DNA from: Escherichia phage ST2
Length of the DNA stretch: 64,000 bases
Direction: 5' to 3' (one strand)
Sequence record: OM982647
Made by a program: the position numbers and the translations under genes
Notes under the pieces: generated by a model
Seen by the model: the letters and a program-made list of their open reading frames with translations, nothing else
What the model was told of the DNA's origin: nothing
The model's database searches: none
In this document: piece after piece, positions 32,900-42,163 of the stretch
Position numbering within the stretch: position 1 is the first letter of the stretch
Layout of the letters: every line of letters begins with the position of its first letter

Positions 32900-33043
32900 C
32901 TCGCCTTTTAACACGTTAACAAGAGCTAAGACCGCTAAGGTGCCTTGTGATACGGCCTGTTGAAATACCGTTGTTTCGCCTGTAACTAAAGTGCTAACGA
33001 ATAAAAACGACCAACACAGCAATGCAATAATCCATGCCACCAT
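32900..33043 (-). CDS. small hydrophobic membrane peptide (about 47 aa)
   Basis: MVAWIIALLCWSFLFVSTLVTGETTVFQQ...; stop overlaps start of next small ORF (TAATG). Confidence 0.35.
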
Positions 33044-33095
33044 TTTAATTACCTCAAAAATAAATTAAAGGCCCAACTTAATAGGCCCGTATAAA

Positions 33096-33542
33096 TTAGT
33101 AACTCTGCAGAATGAATTTGAAATTATCTGCCAGAAGACGGTTCATTTCAGTGAGTGTTTGATATTCTGATGTATGGTTGCGAGTGAATGCCAGAGCCAA
33201 TTGTCCTTTACCATAACCAGTAGTCAGTGGTTTCATGTTCTTAGCTGCAACAAAGATTACATCATATTCAATATTGTTAGTGCCCATAGTGCGAGCTAGT
33301 TGCGAACGGCCTTGACGAATGTGAGAAAGAATTGCATCCAACCCTTGTTTAGAACGTTGACGTCCTACAAAGAATCGTGCTGCTACTTGTCGCCAATCAG
33401 ATGAACCTTTAACAAAGAAGTAAAAACCTTCACGAGAACGAAACTCTTTAGAAACTTCAGAACCGTATTCGCCATTGCGAACTACTGCAACAACTTCACC
33501 GCCAACTGCCAGAAGGTCTTTACGAGTTAAATATTTAGACAT
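33096..33542 (-). CDS. ndd: putative nucleoid-disruption protein Ndd
   Basis: 148 aa, close to T4 Ndd (151 aa) and in the expected 52-to-rIIB interval; assignment by synteny and length only. Confidence 0.45.
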   Translation of the reverse strand: MSKYLTRKDLLAVGGEVVAVVRNGEYGSEVSKEFRSREGFYFFVKGSSDWRQVAARFFVGRQRSKQGLDAILSHIRQGRSQLARTMGTNNIEYDVIFVAAKNMKPLTTGYGKGQLALAFTRNHTSEYQTLTEMNRLLADNFKFILQSY

Positions 33543-33618
33543 GCTAATTTCCTCAATTGATTAATGTTTTTGTAATCCATGAGAGCATTATACTCTGCTC
33601 TCAAGAGTTTGTACAATT

Positions 33619-33819
33619 TTATTCGGTCATATCAGAACGTTCAAAAAGCTCTTCAACGGTTAAACATTCGGTGTCATCCTCAATAAAGAATCGGGTCCAA
33701 CACGTTGGGGCGATGCAGTTATGAGTTTGTCCGGCTATAGAAGCTACACGAATAAGCTGCTGACCATTATTCAGGACAAATTTTTCACCAATTTCAACAT
33801 CTTTAAAAAGCTTAGCCAT
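33619..33819 (-). CDS. hypothetical protein
   Basis: 66-aa ORF with early promoter-like element upstream. Confidence 0.4.
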   Translation of the reverse strand: MAKLFKDVEIGEKFVLNNGQQLIRVASIAGQTHNCIAPTCWTRFFIEDDTECLTVEELFERSDMTE

Positions 33820-33835
33820 TTTGTGTTCCTCATAT

Positions 33836-33886
33836 TTTGATAGGACTACTATACCATAATCCTACCTTGATGTAAACAATTAAATT
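33836..33886 (-). promoter_or_regulatory. early promoter-like element (GTTTAC ... TATAGTAGTCCTATCAA)
   Basis: read on minus strand. Confidence 0.35.
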
Positions 33887-34069
33887 ACATTAAAATATGT
33901 TAAAGCCAACCATGTTCCAGTGAACGAACATGCGATGTAAAAACCCGTATCACAAATTGTTCTTAGTACAATAAGAAGTGCATTTTTCATAAGTACCTCA
34001 ATACAATTGAAAATATTATACAAATCATAGGGATACTAAGCAACCATATTCCGATCCACATTTTAGAGC

Positions 34070-34333
34070 TCATATCTCAACTTCCGCGAGTTCCATATAT
34101 CCTTTGTTGATAACCTCTTTAAGGTCTTTAGAAAGAATGACATTAAAATGGTCGTTCATATGTCCATTAACTAAACGAGTTATTTCGGCTTCAGATGACA
34201 TATAAGGCACGTCTGAGTCCCAATGAGATAGACCTAAATGGGTATAAATCATCCCTTCGTCGTCTGCAGTGTTGTACATTGAAACAAATTCGCCTGTTAC
34301 TTTATGTTTTGCGTAGAAAAATTTAAATTTCAT
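34070..34333 (-). CDS. hypothetical protein
   Basis: 87-aa ORF. Confidence 0.4.
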   Translation of the reverse strand: MKFKFFYAKHKVTGEFVSMYNTADDEGMIYTHLGLSHWDSDVPYMSSEAEITRLVNGHMNDHFNVILSKDLKEVINKGYMELAEVEI

Positions 34334-34337
34334 GATG

Positions 34338-34392
34338 TTATCCTCTTTTAGATAGGACTACTATATCATAGTCCTACTTAGTTGTAAACACT
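34338..34392 (-). promoter_or_regulatory. early promoter-like element with inverted repeat TAGGACTA/TAGTCCTA
   Basis: read on minus strand upstream of ORF 34070..34333. Confidence 0.35.
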
Positions 34393-34401
34393 TTTATGAA
34401 A

Positions 34402-34878
34402 TTAAAGATGAAGATACCACCCGTTGTAGTTGCTCTTGCGGACGATTTTCTTTAGGTCTTCATGGTCTCCCACGAACTTTATAGAATAGGAGAAGACGTC
34501 AGGTGAGGTTTCTTTGACATCTAATATAATAATGCAATCTGCGACTCGATGGTTCAAGAAGGGCCCTATATTGATTCCATTACCACCAGGATAATCACCA
34601 CTGTATCCTGTGGTAACCGAAATCCATTTAGAATCTATCTGGTGCGTCTTGACTTCGACACGCAACCCGCAATATTTAGGATGAGCTAACACGTCCCATG
34701 CATACGTGTACGGGTCTTCGACGTCTTCAATACCTTTATTAACATATCCGTCTAGCCAATTTGCTACTACATACTCTGCAAAGACTGCAACCTTACAACG
34801 TCGAACAACGTCTTCTTTTATTTGACCTGGATCTTGTTTCAACGAATACCGAGCAGTATCAGCGATCTTAACCTTCAT
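34402..34878 (-). CDS. putative endonuclease IV (DenB) or unrelated protein
   Basis: ORF in the denB position upstream of rIIB; start trimmed to internal Met to avoid overlap (track 34402..35010); no motif-level confirmation. Confidence 0.35.
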   Translation of the reverse strand: MKVKIADTARYSLKQDPGQIKEDVVRRCKVAVFAEYVVANWLDGYVNKGIEDVEDPYTYAWDVLAHPKYCGLRVEVKTHQIDSKWISVTTGYSGDYPGGNGINIGPFLNHRVADCIIILDVKETSPDVFSYSIKFVGDHEDLKKIVRKSNYNGWYLHL

Positions 34879-34894
34879 TTCGCTAGTCAAAAAC

Positions 34895-35182
34895 TCATTC
34901 GACAGGATAAATGTCGGAAGACTCTTCAGCCTCAACAGTCCCAAGTTCGTCTTTACCATAGATACCTCTGATGTGTAGTTCACCAAAATAAATGCGGTCA
35001 CCTTCTTCAAGATATTCTGCGTCTACAGGCGGAATTTCAATAACAACTTCGTCGCATTCTAACCAGCCGTAGTGTGCATCACCAGGATGTTTTACCAATT
35101 TAGCACAATAAACTGATTTACACTTATGATGACCACGAAGATTAGCAATTTTGGATTCTGATACGTCAAATGGATGAATCAT
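34895..35182 (-). CDS. hypothetical protein
   Basis: 95-aa ORF. Confidence 0.4.
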   Translation of the reverse strand: MIHPFDVSESKIANLRGHHKCKSVYCAKLVKHPGDAHYGWLECDEVVIEIPPVDAEYLEEGDRIYFGELHIRGIYGKDELGTVEAEESSDIYPVE

Positions 35183-35202
35183 AATTACCCCTAAAGAAAA
35201 AA

Positions 35203-35218
35203 GGGGACCGAAGTCCCC
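35203..35218 (-). terminator. terminator hairpin GGGGACttcgGTCCCC + U-run downstream of rIIB
   Basis: perfect 6-bp stem, T-run on minus strand. Confidence 0.5.
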
Positions 35219-35223
35219 AATTA

Positions 35224-36171
35224 TTATTCTGCAAATAATTCAGTAACGTCTGAAATTACTTCATAACGACAAGTACGCATCTTAGCATCACCATAGTCAA
35301 CTGGGATGGATACAACATCACGTGGATGAACTTTAACCTTAACAACTTTATCTGAGCTAGAACCAAAGTAACGAATATATGATTTAGCACAAACATGTAG
35401 ACCGCTGGAGCAGGTTTGAGTATCATCATCGTTAACACGAGTACGAGGCATTGAAACAACTTTACCAGGCGAGTTATCAAATGTACCACTATAACAGTCT
35501 AAATAGTCCTTACGAACTACTTTCCATGCATAGAAATGTCCGTCTTCAGTGATTTCAATATCATTTGCAACCAAGAAGTCGAATAAACGTTGTACAGCTT
35601 TTTCGCTTGGGTTTTCTAACAGGTTTTCAAGGAACGGCAGATAGAATTTAAAGTCTTCGCCTTTTTCCATGGAATCAATAATACGGTTAACCAGCCCTGA
35701 ACGAATCTCTATACCTTGATAAAATAAACTACCACCTTCAATAGTAACATTACCATCAACAAACTTAGTAATAGCTTTCTTGATGTTAATAAGTTCGACA
35801 GCTTTACTAAGGTTTCCTGCGACCAGATTAGCTTTAATTTCTTCAAAATTTGCATGACTTGATGGAGTCGCATTGTATGCTACGCGTCCTTCAATAATTG
35901 AAATAAATTTAGATGACGCGTTCCATATGATTTCAGGACGATGTCCGCCGATAATAGGTTCATTATTTTCTGGAACTTCTTCGATTACATAAGAGGCATC
36001 GTTTGCTTCAGGGACAACGCCTTCTGCTTTAAAATTCTTAACAATCTTACGAAGAGTATCTGTTGAAATGTCAAAGTAATCGGCAATTTCTTTACGGGTC
36101 CATTGACCTGATTTAACCAGGCCATAAGCTTCTAACTGTTCTTCTTGGGACAAGCATTTGATATTGTACAT
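35224..36171 (-). CDS. rIIB: rIIB membrane-integrity protector
   Basis: 315 aa; MYNIKCLSQEEQ..., GGSLFYQGIEIRSGLVNRIIDSMEKGEDFKFYLPFLENLLENPS, KVVSMPRTRVNDDDTQTCSSGLHVC match recalled T4 rIIB. Confidence 0.9.
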   Translation of the reverse strand: MYNIKCLSQEEQLEAYGLVKSGQWTRKEIADYFDISTDTLRKIVKNFKAEGVVPEANDASYVIEEVPENNEPIIGGHRPEIIWNASSKFISIIEGRVAYNATPSSHANFEEIKANLVAGNLSKAVELINIKKAITKFVDGNVTIEGGSLFYQGIEIRSGLVNRIIDSMEKGEDFKFYLPFLENLLENPSEKAVQRLFDFLVANDIEITEDGHFYAWKVVRKDYLDCYSGTFDNSPGKVVSMPRTRVNDDDTQTCSSGLHVCAKSYIRYFGSSSDKVVKVKVHPRDVVSIPVDYGDAKMRTCRYEVISDVTELFAE

Positions 36172-36180
36172 AATGTTTCC

Positions 36181-38394
36181 TTATTTGGCCGCTTCCACGG
36201 CCTTCATGAATTTAACGATTTGAGCGACCTGTTCTTTGGAAAGAGTACCACGTCGTCCCATGTATTCTGACACAATATGATAATTGGTTTCGAATTCAAT
36301 AACCATTTTATCATCATTATCGTAAGCATTATCTTTAAGCTTATCGAAAATTTTGGCACACAATTCTAACTTCCTGTTCAGGTCTCTGTTATCAGCGCCT
36401 GCGAATCGATTCCATCCCCAACGATTATTTACTGTTGAAAGTTTTGCGAAATCTTTACTGATTTCTTTGTTCTTAGAGCTAAAATACTTACTAAGGAAGT
36501 TAAGTTCTTCATTACGAGTAATATGATTCAAATAAGGCTGTGCTCTACGACTTGGTGATACATACTCATCATAATCCACTTTATCAATTAGCGTAATATA
36601 GTCGTTAATTGATTTTTCAAACAAGCATTCTACTTCACCAAGTTTACGAACTTTCTTAGCAATCTGTGGGCGAACTACAGTGAACTCTTTAATACCTGAC
36701 AAATCAGCAATACGGGTCAAAAAATTGGAGTCATAGTTCAACCAACCTTTATCTGCGTCAAGACATTCAGCGTTAGAACGATTACGAATTACAACATAAC
36801 CTTGAATCTCATCAGCTTTACTGGCCGGAATAAAAAGGTCTTCTGATACCCAAACATCTTTTTCGTTCTTGAAGAAACGATGGGCACTCGGTGATTTAGG
36901 GCGAGGCTGCGATGAACGTTCTTTAACTTCAATCCACGGTTTAACTAATGCAAGAATTTCAGAGGTCTTATAAAATTTAAGGCTATCACCAGCGAAAATA
37001 ACCTTTAATCGTTCCAGAAGTTTCATTGCAACTTCATCTTCTGGGTTAATGAATAATACGCTACTACCCCATCCGGAAGGAACCTTATCAACGAGTGTTG
37101 ATGCATCTGTGGAAGTCAAAGCATCGTTCAGAGCACGCATCATTGGTACGCGGCCTTTCACATCGTCAATAACAATATCAATATGCTTACGACTAATACC
37201 TAGCAGGCTATTAATTGAAATAGTTGCAGACGAGCTTCCGCTTTCACGAATACGACGAAGTCGTGGGTCTGAAACGATATCATATACAACACCAAGGTTG
37301 CACCATTCGGGACCCATTTTAAAACGTTTGTACAACTCGGAATAAGTTAGTTGTTCTTTAGAGTATTTCAGTGATTCAATATTAGAACCGGCTTTTTCCA
37401 TGTATTTACGAGCAGAGTAACCAAGAGAATCGATTTCACGGAATACATGACGTGGATATTCACAATCAATCCATTTCTTAGAATCTTCAGCAAATAATTT
37501 TGCATCGATTTCTGCAACACGTTTATGGATATTTGCTACTGTGCGTTTATCAAATGACAATGCTTCACGAGACGGGGCTACATCTAGTTCACCCATAGGG
37601 AATTTAATATAAGCTGTAGTGCATCGCGTCATCATCCATGTTTGTTCTTTAATAACACTTCCGATTGGATATACAATACCACCATAAACAGCCATGATAT
37701 TACCACGTTCACCCCATGGAGCTTCCTTGGCCAAATATACATCGTCAAATTCAGGAAAGTATTTAATATCTTTAACACCGCGAACTTCTGCAATATCACC
37801 TAGAGGACGCATAACATATGCAATTTCAGATGCGAACTTTTCAAAATCTTCTGGGTTAACCGGCACAACTACTTCTACACCCGTACGGTCATCAGGACCC
37901 ATCTTATCTACAAAGGTTGGCTTAATTTGTGGACCCGTGTCATCTTGGTAGATTACGTAACCACGAACTTCACCGTTGTGATAAGACGTAAGGTTAAACG
38001 TATCGGTATATGCTAGTGGAGCTTTAGAGCCGAGTCCGAATCCACCAATGAAATCATTACTCGATGTTTTAGTTGAAGCAAAATATGAGTTATAGATTCC
38101 TGGCTCTTCGTCATTACCTCGAATGGTGAAATCACTCATACCAGGACCAAAGTCTCGAACTACAAAACGTGGGTCTAAACGACCTGGAGCCTGAACAATA
38201 AACTTATCAGTGCAACCATTAAGAATTTGACCATCGATACAGTTTGTGATTAATTCACGTACACAAGCCAATTCTTTGTTTGTATAAAGGTCATTAGACA
38301 AAATCTTATAAACTTTGCTATTGCCTTGAATAGTGAATGCTGTGCTCTTACCGCCTGAACCAATAATCGTTTCTTTAGCCGTTTCAATAATCAT
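36181..38394 (-). CDS. rIIA: rIIA protein (N-terminal GHKL-like ATPase domain)
   Basis: 737 aa; VRELITNCIDGQ..., RLDPRFVVRDFGPGMSDF..., FIGGFGLGSK, IYGGIVYPI motifs as in T4 rIIA (725 aa). Confidence 0.95.
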   Translation of the reverse strand: MIIETAKETIIGSGGKSTAFTIQGNSKVYKILSNDLYTNKELACVRELITNCIDGQILNGCTDKFIVQAPGRLDPRFVVRDFGPGMSDFTIRGNDEEPGIYNSYFASTKTSSNDFIGGFGLGSKAPLAYTDTFNLTSYHNGEVRGYVIYQDDTGPQIKPTFVDKMGPDDRTGVEVVVPVNPEDFEKFASEIAYVMRPLGDIAEVRGVKDIKYFPEFDDVYLAKEAPWGERGNIMAVYGGIVYPIGSVIKEQTWMMTRCTTAYIKFPMGELDVAPSREALSFDKRTVANIHKRVAEIDAKLFAEDSKKWIDCEYPRHVFREIDSLGYSARKYMEKAGSNIESLKYSKEQLTYSELYKRFKMGPEWCNLGVVYDIVSDPRLRRIRESGSSSATISINSLLGISRKHIDIVIDDVKGRVPMMRALNDALTSTDASTLVDKVPSGWGSSVLFINPEDEVAMKLLERLKVIFAGDSLKFYKTSEILALVKPWIEVKERSSQPRPKSPSAHRFFKNEKDVWVSEDLFIPASKADEIQGYVVIRNRSNAECLDADKGWLNYDSNFLTRIADLSGIKEFTVVRPQIAKKVRKLGEVECLFEKSINDYITLIDKVDYDEYVSPSRRAQPYLNHITRNEELNFLSKYFSSKNKEISKDFAKLSTVNNRWGWNRFAGADNRDLNRKLELCAKIFDKLKDNAYDNDDKMVIEFETNYHIVSEYMGRRGTLSKEQVAQIVKFMKAVEAAK

Positions 38395-38406
38395 ATTTTT
38401 CTCTCA

Positions 38407-38607
38407 TCACAAGTTACGTTTAAAAATTTCTGCTACTTCAAGAAGTTCTTCTTTAGTAGCTGTATCGGTTTGTATTTTATATCGAATTTCTTTAAAGCGT
38501 TCTTTAAAGGCTTCAGCTGATTCGATATCAAAAAATCTTTGGATAAGACGGAATTCCCGGAGCACTGCTTTATCAAAAAGTTCCAAGTCCACGTTATATG
38601 TTCTCAT
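38407..38607 (-). CDS. hypothetical protein (rIIA.1 position)
   Basis: 66-aa ORF immediately upstream of rIIA. Confidence 0.45.
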   Translation of the reverse strand: MRTYNVDLELFDKAVLREFRLIQRFFDIESAEAFKERFKEIRYKIQTDTATKEELLEVAEIFKRNL

Positions 38608-38632
38608 AATATTCTCTTCAGTAGATTGCTAG

Positions 38633-38683
38633 GGCACTATTACTAAAGACCATATAATTTATCATCTTATATGTAATAGTGCC
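38633..38683. promoter_or_regulatory. 11-bp perfect inverted repeat GGCACTATTAC / GTAATAGTGCC separated by a 29-nt AT-rich spacer
   Basis: seen directly between the glycosyltransferase-like gene stop and the rIIA.1 start. Confidence 0.3.
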
Positions 38684-38699
38684 TCAGGCTATTCAGGAT

Positions 38700-39800
38700 T
38701 TACGCTGTGAAGATTTTATCCCACATCGCAACAACTGCATCTCGATTATACTTCTTCCATACTGCTTCAGCACGTTTAACTCGAGCTTCGTATGTGTCAG
38801 TGAATTCTAATACAGCTTTTGTGTAAAGCGCAACTACTTCTTTCTTAGGAGTAGAGGAATCAATTTCTACACGCACAGTATCTGGGTCGTATTCGAATGT
38901 CGCATGAGGATAATCCTTAAAAACTAACTGGATTACAGGGACACCTTTAGAGATGGCTTCAATAGAACTATTCTCTACCGTACCTGTGTCAGGACACGTA
39001 TTAATAAGTGCTTTAGCTGTTTTAAGACGTTCCATGATTTCACTGTGTGGAGCATCAATAATAACAGGATATTTAGCTGGTGGTGCCCATTTGCTTGGAC
39101 AATAACCAATACCATTTTCGCCTAGTGCTTTAATCGCTTCGAGAGCAACATCAGTACGACGCATTTTAGTGTCATAACGTTGTGCACTAATAATCAGATC
39201 AGTCGCCGGAAGAACTTCAGGTTTCTCATTCAAACAAATAACCGGATAATCTTCGGCTTCAAACAACGGATTTGCTCGCCAATAATCATAATCAATTTTG
39301 TCAGTCAGACCTGAAGTCATATAACAATATTTGCGTTCAAATTCACGGAAGGCTTTAGTAGGAGCATAACTCTTACCACCATTCTTATGAATTTGAATAG
39401 TCTGGTCCCAAATTTGAACAATGCCACGAGATACCGGTTCAAATGGTGTTGCCATAAAATTCTTATGAACTTTAGAGAGACCTGCGTCTTTAATTGCCTG
39501 AACGGTTAGTTTAGTCGGTTCCATAGTAACAACAAAATCGTATTCATGGATGCCGGCTAGTTCAACAATCTTACGAGCCATAGTATAACTCATACCTAGA
39601 CTGAATTTTGTCAGATGACCAACAGGATGGTGTGTAACTTTCCAATCACCAAACGTGTCATTATCAAAGCCGATATAATCAATATCAGCACCGATGGATA
39701 CAAGATATTTCAACACATTTAAATGTACTGCTTCAAGACCACCTTGTACACGGTCAGGGTTAAATGGGACTGCACGAGATGGGATAAACATAACTTTCAT
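38700..39800 (-). CDS. GT-B fold glycosyltransferase-like protein (candidate DNA hydroxymethylcytosine sugar transferase)
   Basis: 366 aa; N-terminal MKVMFIPS...GG.EAV..N.L..L pattern and C-terminal E-x7-E motif TVENSSIEAISKGVPVI typical of GT4-like enzymes; occupies the rIIA.1-to-gene 60 interval. Confidence 0.65.
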   Translation of the reverse strand: MKVMFIPSRAVPFNPDRVQGGLEAVHLNVLKYLVSIGADIDYIGFDNDTFGDWKVTHHPVGHLTKFSLGMSYTMARKIVELAGIHEYDFVVTMEPTKLTVQAIKDAGLSKVHKNFMATPFEPVSRGIVQIWDQTIQIHKNGGKSYAPTKAFREFERKYCYMTSGLTDKIDYDYWRANPLFEAEDYPVICLNEKPEVLPATDLIISAQRYDTKMRRTDVALEAIKALGENGIGYCPSKWAPPAKYPVIIDAPHSEIMERLKTAKALINTCPDTGTVENSSIEAISKGVPVIQLVFKDYPHATFEYDPDTVRVEIDSSTPKKEVVALYTKAVLEFTDTYEARVKRAEAVWKKYNRDAVVAMWDKIFTA

Positions 39801-39826
39801 AATTAAGCCTTATTAAAATTAAAATG

Positions 39827-39844
39827 AAGCTCCCGAAGGAGCTT
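39827..39844 (-). terminator. hairpin AAGCTCCttcgGGAGCTT downstream of topoisomerase gene
   Basis: perfect 7-bp stem with tetraloop followed by U-rich run on minus strand. Confidence 0.45.
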
Positions 39845-41660
39845 AGGACATCCATTCTTTACGAAGTTCTGAATCATCACCCATCAACATTTCAAAGAGT
39901 TCTTTCCAATTTTCAGGAAGTTTAACTACGTCGTACACAGGGTTCTGAATCATTTCACGATATTCTGACTTTTCAAGGGAGCCTAATCCCTTGATGTATC
40001 GAATACTATGCTTAGGCAGTGTATCTTTAACTTCTTCATACTCAGCTACAGTATAAAACCATTTTTGAGTTTTGCCAATTTGTGCAATAATTACAGGCGT
40101 TTTAACAAAGCGAATACGTCCTTGTTCAAACAATTCAGGCCAATTACTAAAGAAAGCAAGCAAAGCCGGATAGATACTTCCAAGACCGTCATGATCGGCA
40201 TCGGTCATAATTGCAATATTACGATAGTTCGTATTCTCTGCCTTTTCACCAAGAATAAGACCTGTGATAGCACAGATATCAAAGAGCTCTTTGTTCTTCA
40301 TCATATCGGCATATGACATACCCCAGCTATTCATCACCTTACCACGTAATGGGAATCCGCCATGTAGTTCACGGTCACGAACATCAATGAGATAACCAAT
40401 TGCCGAATCACCTTCTGTTAAGAACAATGTCGTATCTGCATCTTTACCACATTGGTTAGCTTTAATATGCTTATGAACCTTAGCTTTAGTTGCCTTTTTA
40501 GCTGCTTTAGTTTCTGCAGCCTTTTCTGCTGCCAATTTACGAGCTAATGCTGCTTCAACAATAGGCATAATCAAGGCTTCGTTTTTAAGAAGTGCCTGAG
40601 CAATTTTCTTAGCATCTAATTGGATATGATTACGAATATCACCGTACGTTGACGTTAAACGTTCTTTAGTCTGAGAATCAAAACGCATGTTGCTCATGTC
40701 TCTAATAAACATCAACATTGTGAGGCATTCTTTAACACGAGCTTTAGTGACTTCAATACCCTTATATTTCTTTTTAATACCGGGCAAAAGATGTTCGCAG
40801 ATATCATCCATTACGCATTCAACATGATGACCACCATTTTTAGTATGGATGTTATTCACATAAGTTAAATGTCGGAAGCCATCTGGTGATGTTGTGAATG
40901 CTATAGAGACTTTATCATTTTCTTGAATGATGTTATCTTCGCCAAATTGTTTAGCAAATCGTTTAAAATTACCATCAACCTTTTTACCATTAAATGTGAA
41001 CTTGATATCAGGATAAACGACTGCCAATGTTTGAAGTCGGTCTAAAGTAATATCTAAATAAACTTGAGATAAATTATGCTCTTCAAATGAAGAGAAATCA
41101 GGAGTGAAGATTACTTTAGTGCCTTTACCTTTAGATTTCTTAGAAGACCATGATTTGTTTTCCATTCCATTTGAACAGTTAACAGTGATTTCATTTTCGC
41201 CATCTGACGTGATGCCTGTAAACAACGTAGAGAAGATATTAGTTAAACTACTCCCGACGCCATTCATACCACCAGTCTTGCGTTCAGAGTCATCACCAAA
41301 GTTACCACCTGCCTTTGGAATAGTCCAGGCTGCTACAGGCCCAGGAATTTGTTCACCTGTTTGGTCGGTAACTAAACCTTGAGGAATACCACGTCCGTTA
41401 TCTTCCACCGAAACTTGATTATTTTTAATTTGCACATCAATTTTATTTGCAAACTTAAATGATGTACGAATAGCTTCATCAACCGAGTTGTCAATAATCT
41501 CATCGATTAATTTAACCAGACCAGGAACATATTCAACTTGTTGATATTTACCAAACAAAAAACGCTCGTGGGCTTCTTTAGCCGAAGAACCAATATACAT
41601 ACCACTACGTTTCTTAATATGTTCTACATCTGACAATACCTTAATTTCATTTTTAATCAT
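39843..41660 (-). CDS. 39: DNA topoisomerase II large subunit, uninterrupted gene 39 + gene 60 fusion (GyrB-like)
   Basis: 605 aa; N-terminal GHKL ATPase (IDEIIDNSVDEA, EDNGRGIP, GGMNGVGSS), C-terminal Toprim; no split or bypass element. Confidence 0.9.
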   Translation of the reverse strand: MIKNEIKVLSDVEHIKKRSGMYIGSSAKEAHERFLFGKYQQVEYVPGLVKLIDEIIDNSVDEAIRTSFKFANKIDVQIKNNQVSVEDNGRGIPQGLVTDQTGEQIPGPVAAWTIPKAGGNFGDDSERKTGGMNGVGSSLTNIFSTLFTGITSDGENEITVNCSNGMENKSWSSKKSKGKGTKVIFTPDFSSFEEHNLSQVYLDITLDRLQTLAVVYPDIKFTFNGKKVDGNFKRFAKQFGEDNIIQENDKVSIAFTTSPDGFRHLTYVNNIHTKNGGHHVECVMDDICEHLLPGIKKKYKGIEVTKARVKECLTMLMFIRDMSNMRFDSQTKERLTSTYGDIRNHIQLDAKKIAQALLKNEALIMPIVEAALARKLAAEKAAETKAAKKATKAKVHKHIKANQCGKDADTTLFLTEGDSAIGYLIDVRDRELHGGFPLRGKVMNSWGMSYADMMKNKELFDICAITGLILGEKAENTNYRNIAIMTDADHDGLGSIYPALLAFFSNWPELFEQGRIRFVKTPVIIAQIGKTQKWFYTVAEYEEVKDTLPKHSIRYIKGLGSLEKSEYREMIQNPVYDVVKLPENWKELFEMLMGDDSELRKEWMS

Positions 41661-41710
41661 GTTGTCTCCTCGTTATGAAGGTATTCTATCATCCGAAATC
41701 TAAAGCAAAA

Positions 41711-41722
41711 AGGGCCGAAGCC
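41711..41722 (-). terminator. hairpin GGGCttcgGCCC + U-run
   Basis: between ORF 41724..42161 and the topoisomerase start. Confidence 0.4.
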
Positions 41723-41723
41723 C

Positions 41724-42161
41724 TTATTTAAATTTAATTTTCTGAAGTGTATCAATTGCAGCTAAACGCCCTTGTTCACTTTTAACTGTAATGACCACAT
41801 CGCCTGATACAATCACCGAACCATCAACAAATTCTATAGAGCCTTTTTTGAAATCGACAGCTGTATCTGGTTCCGGAACTTCTTCAAAGAATTTGAATTC
41901 TGCACCATAAATCAGAATATCACCTTGCATACTATGAATAGTTCGGCCATAATCGCCTACGGCTTCTACAGCAATCACTGAAACACCATAACCAATCATC
42001 TCTTCCACAATAAAATCTTTGGACAATAAAGTAGTATGCAGATTAGTATTAAGACGTTTACCAGTCGTATTAAGAATTCTCAAGAAATTATCTTCTTGTC
42101 CTTTGATAATACGATATTTCTTACCAACTTCAAAACCTTTAAAAGCCGTATTAAAAGCCAT
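41724..42161 (-). CDS. hypothetical protein
   Basis: 145-aa ORF. Confidence 0.45.
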   Translation of the reverse strand: MAFNTAFKGFEVGKKYRIIKGQEDNFLRILNTTGKRLNTNLHTTLLSKDFIVEEMIGYGVSVIAVEAVGDYGRTIHSMQGDILIYGAEFKFFEEVPEPDTAVDFKKGSIEFVDGSVIVSGDVVITVKSEQGRLAAIDTLQKIKFK

Positions 42162-42163
42162 AA

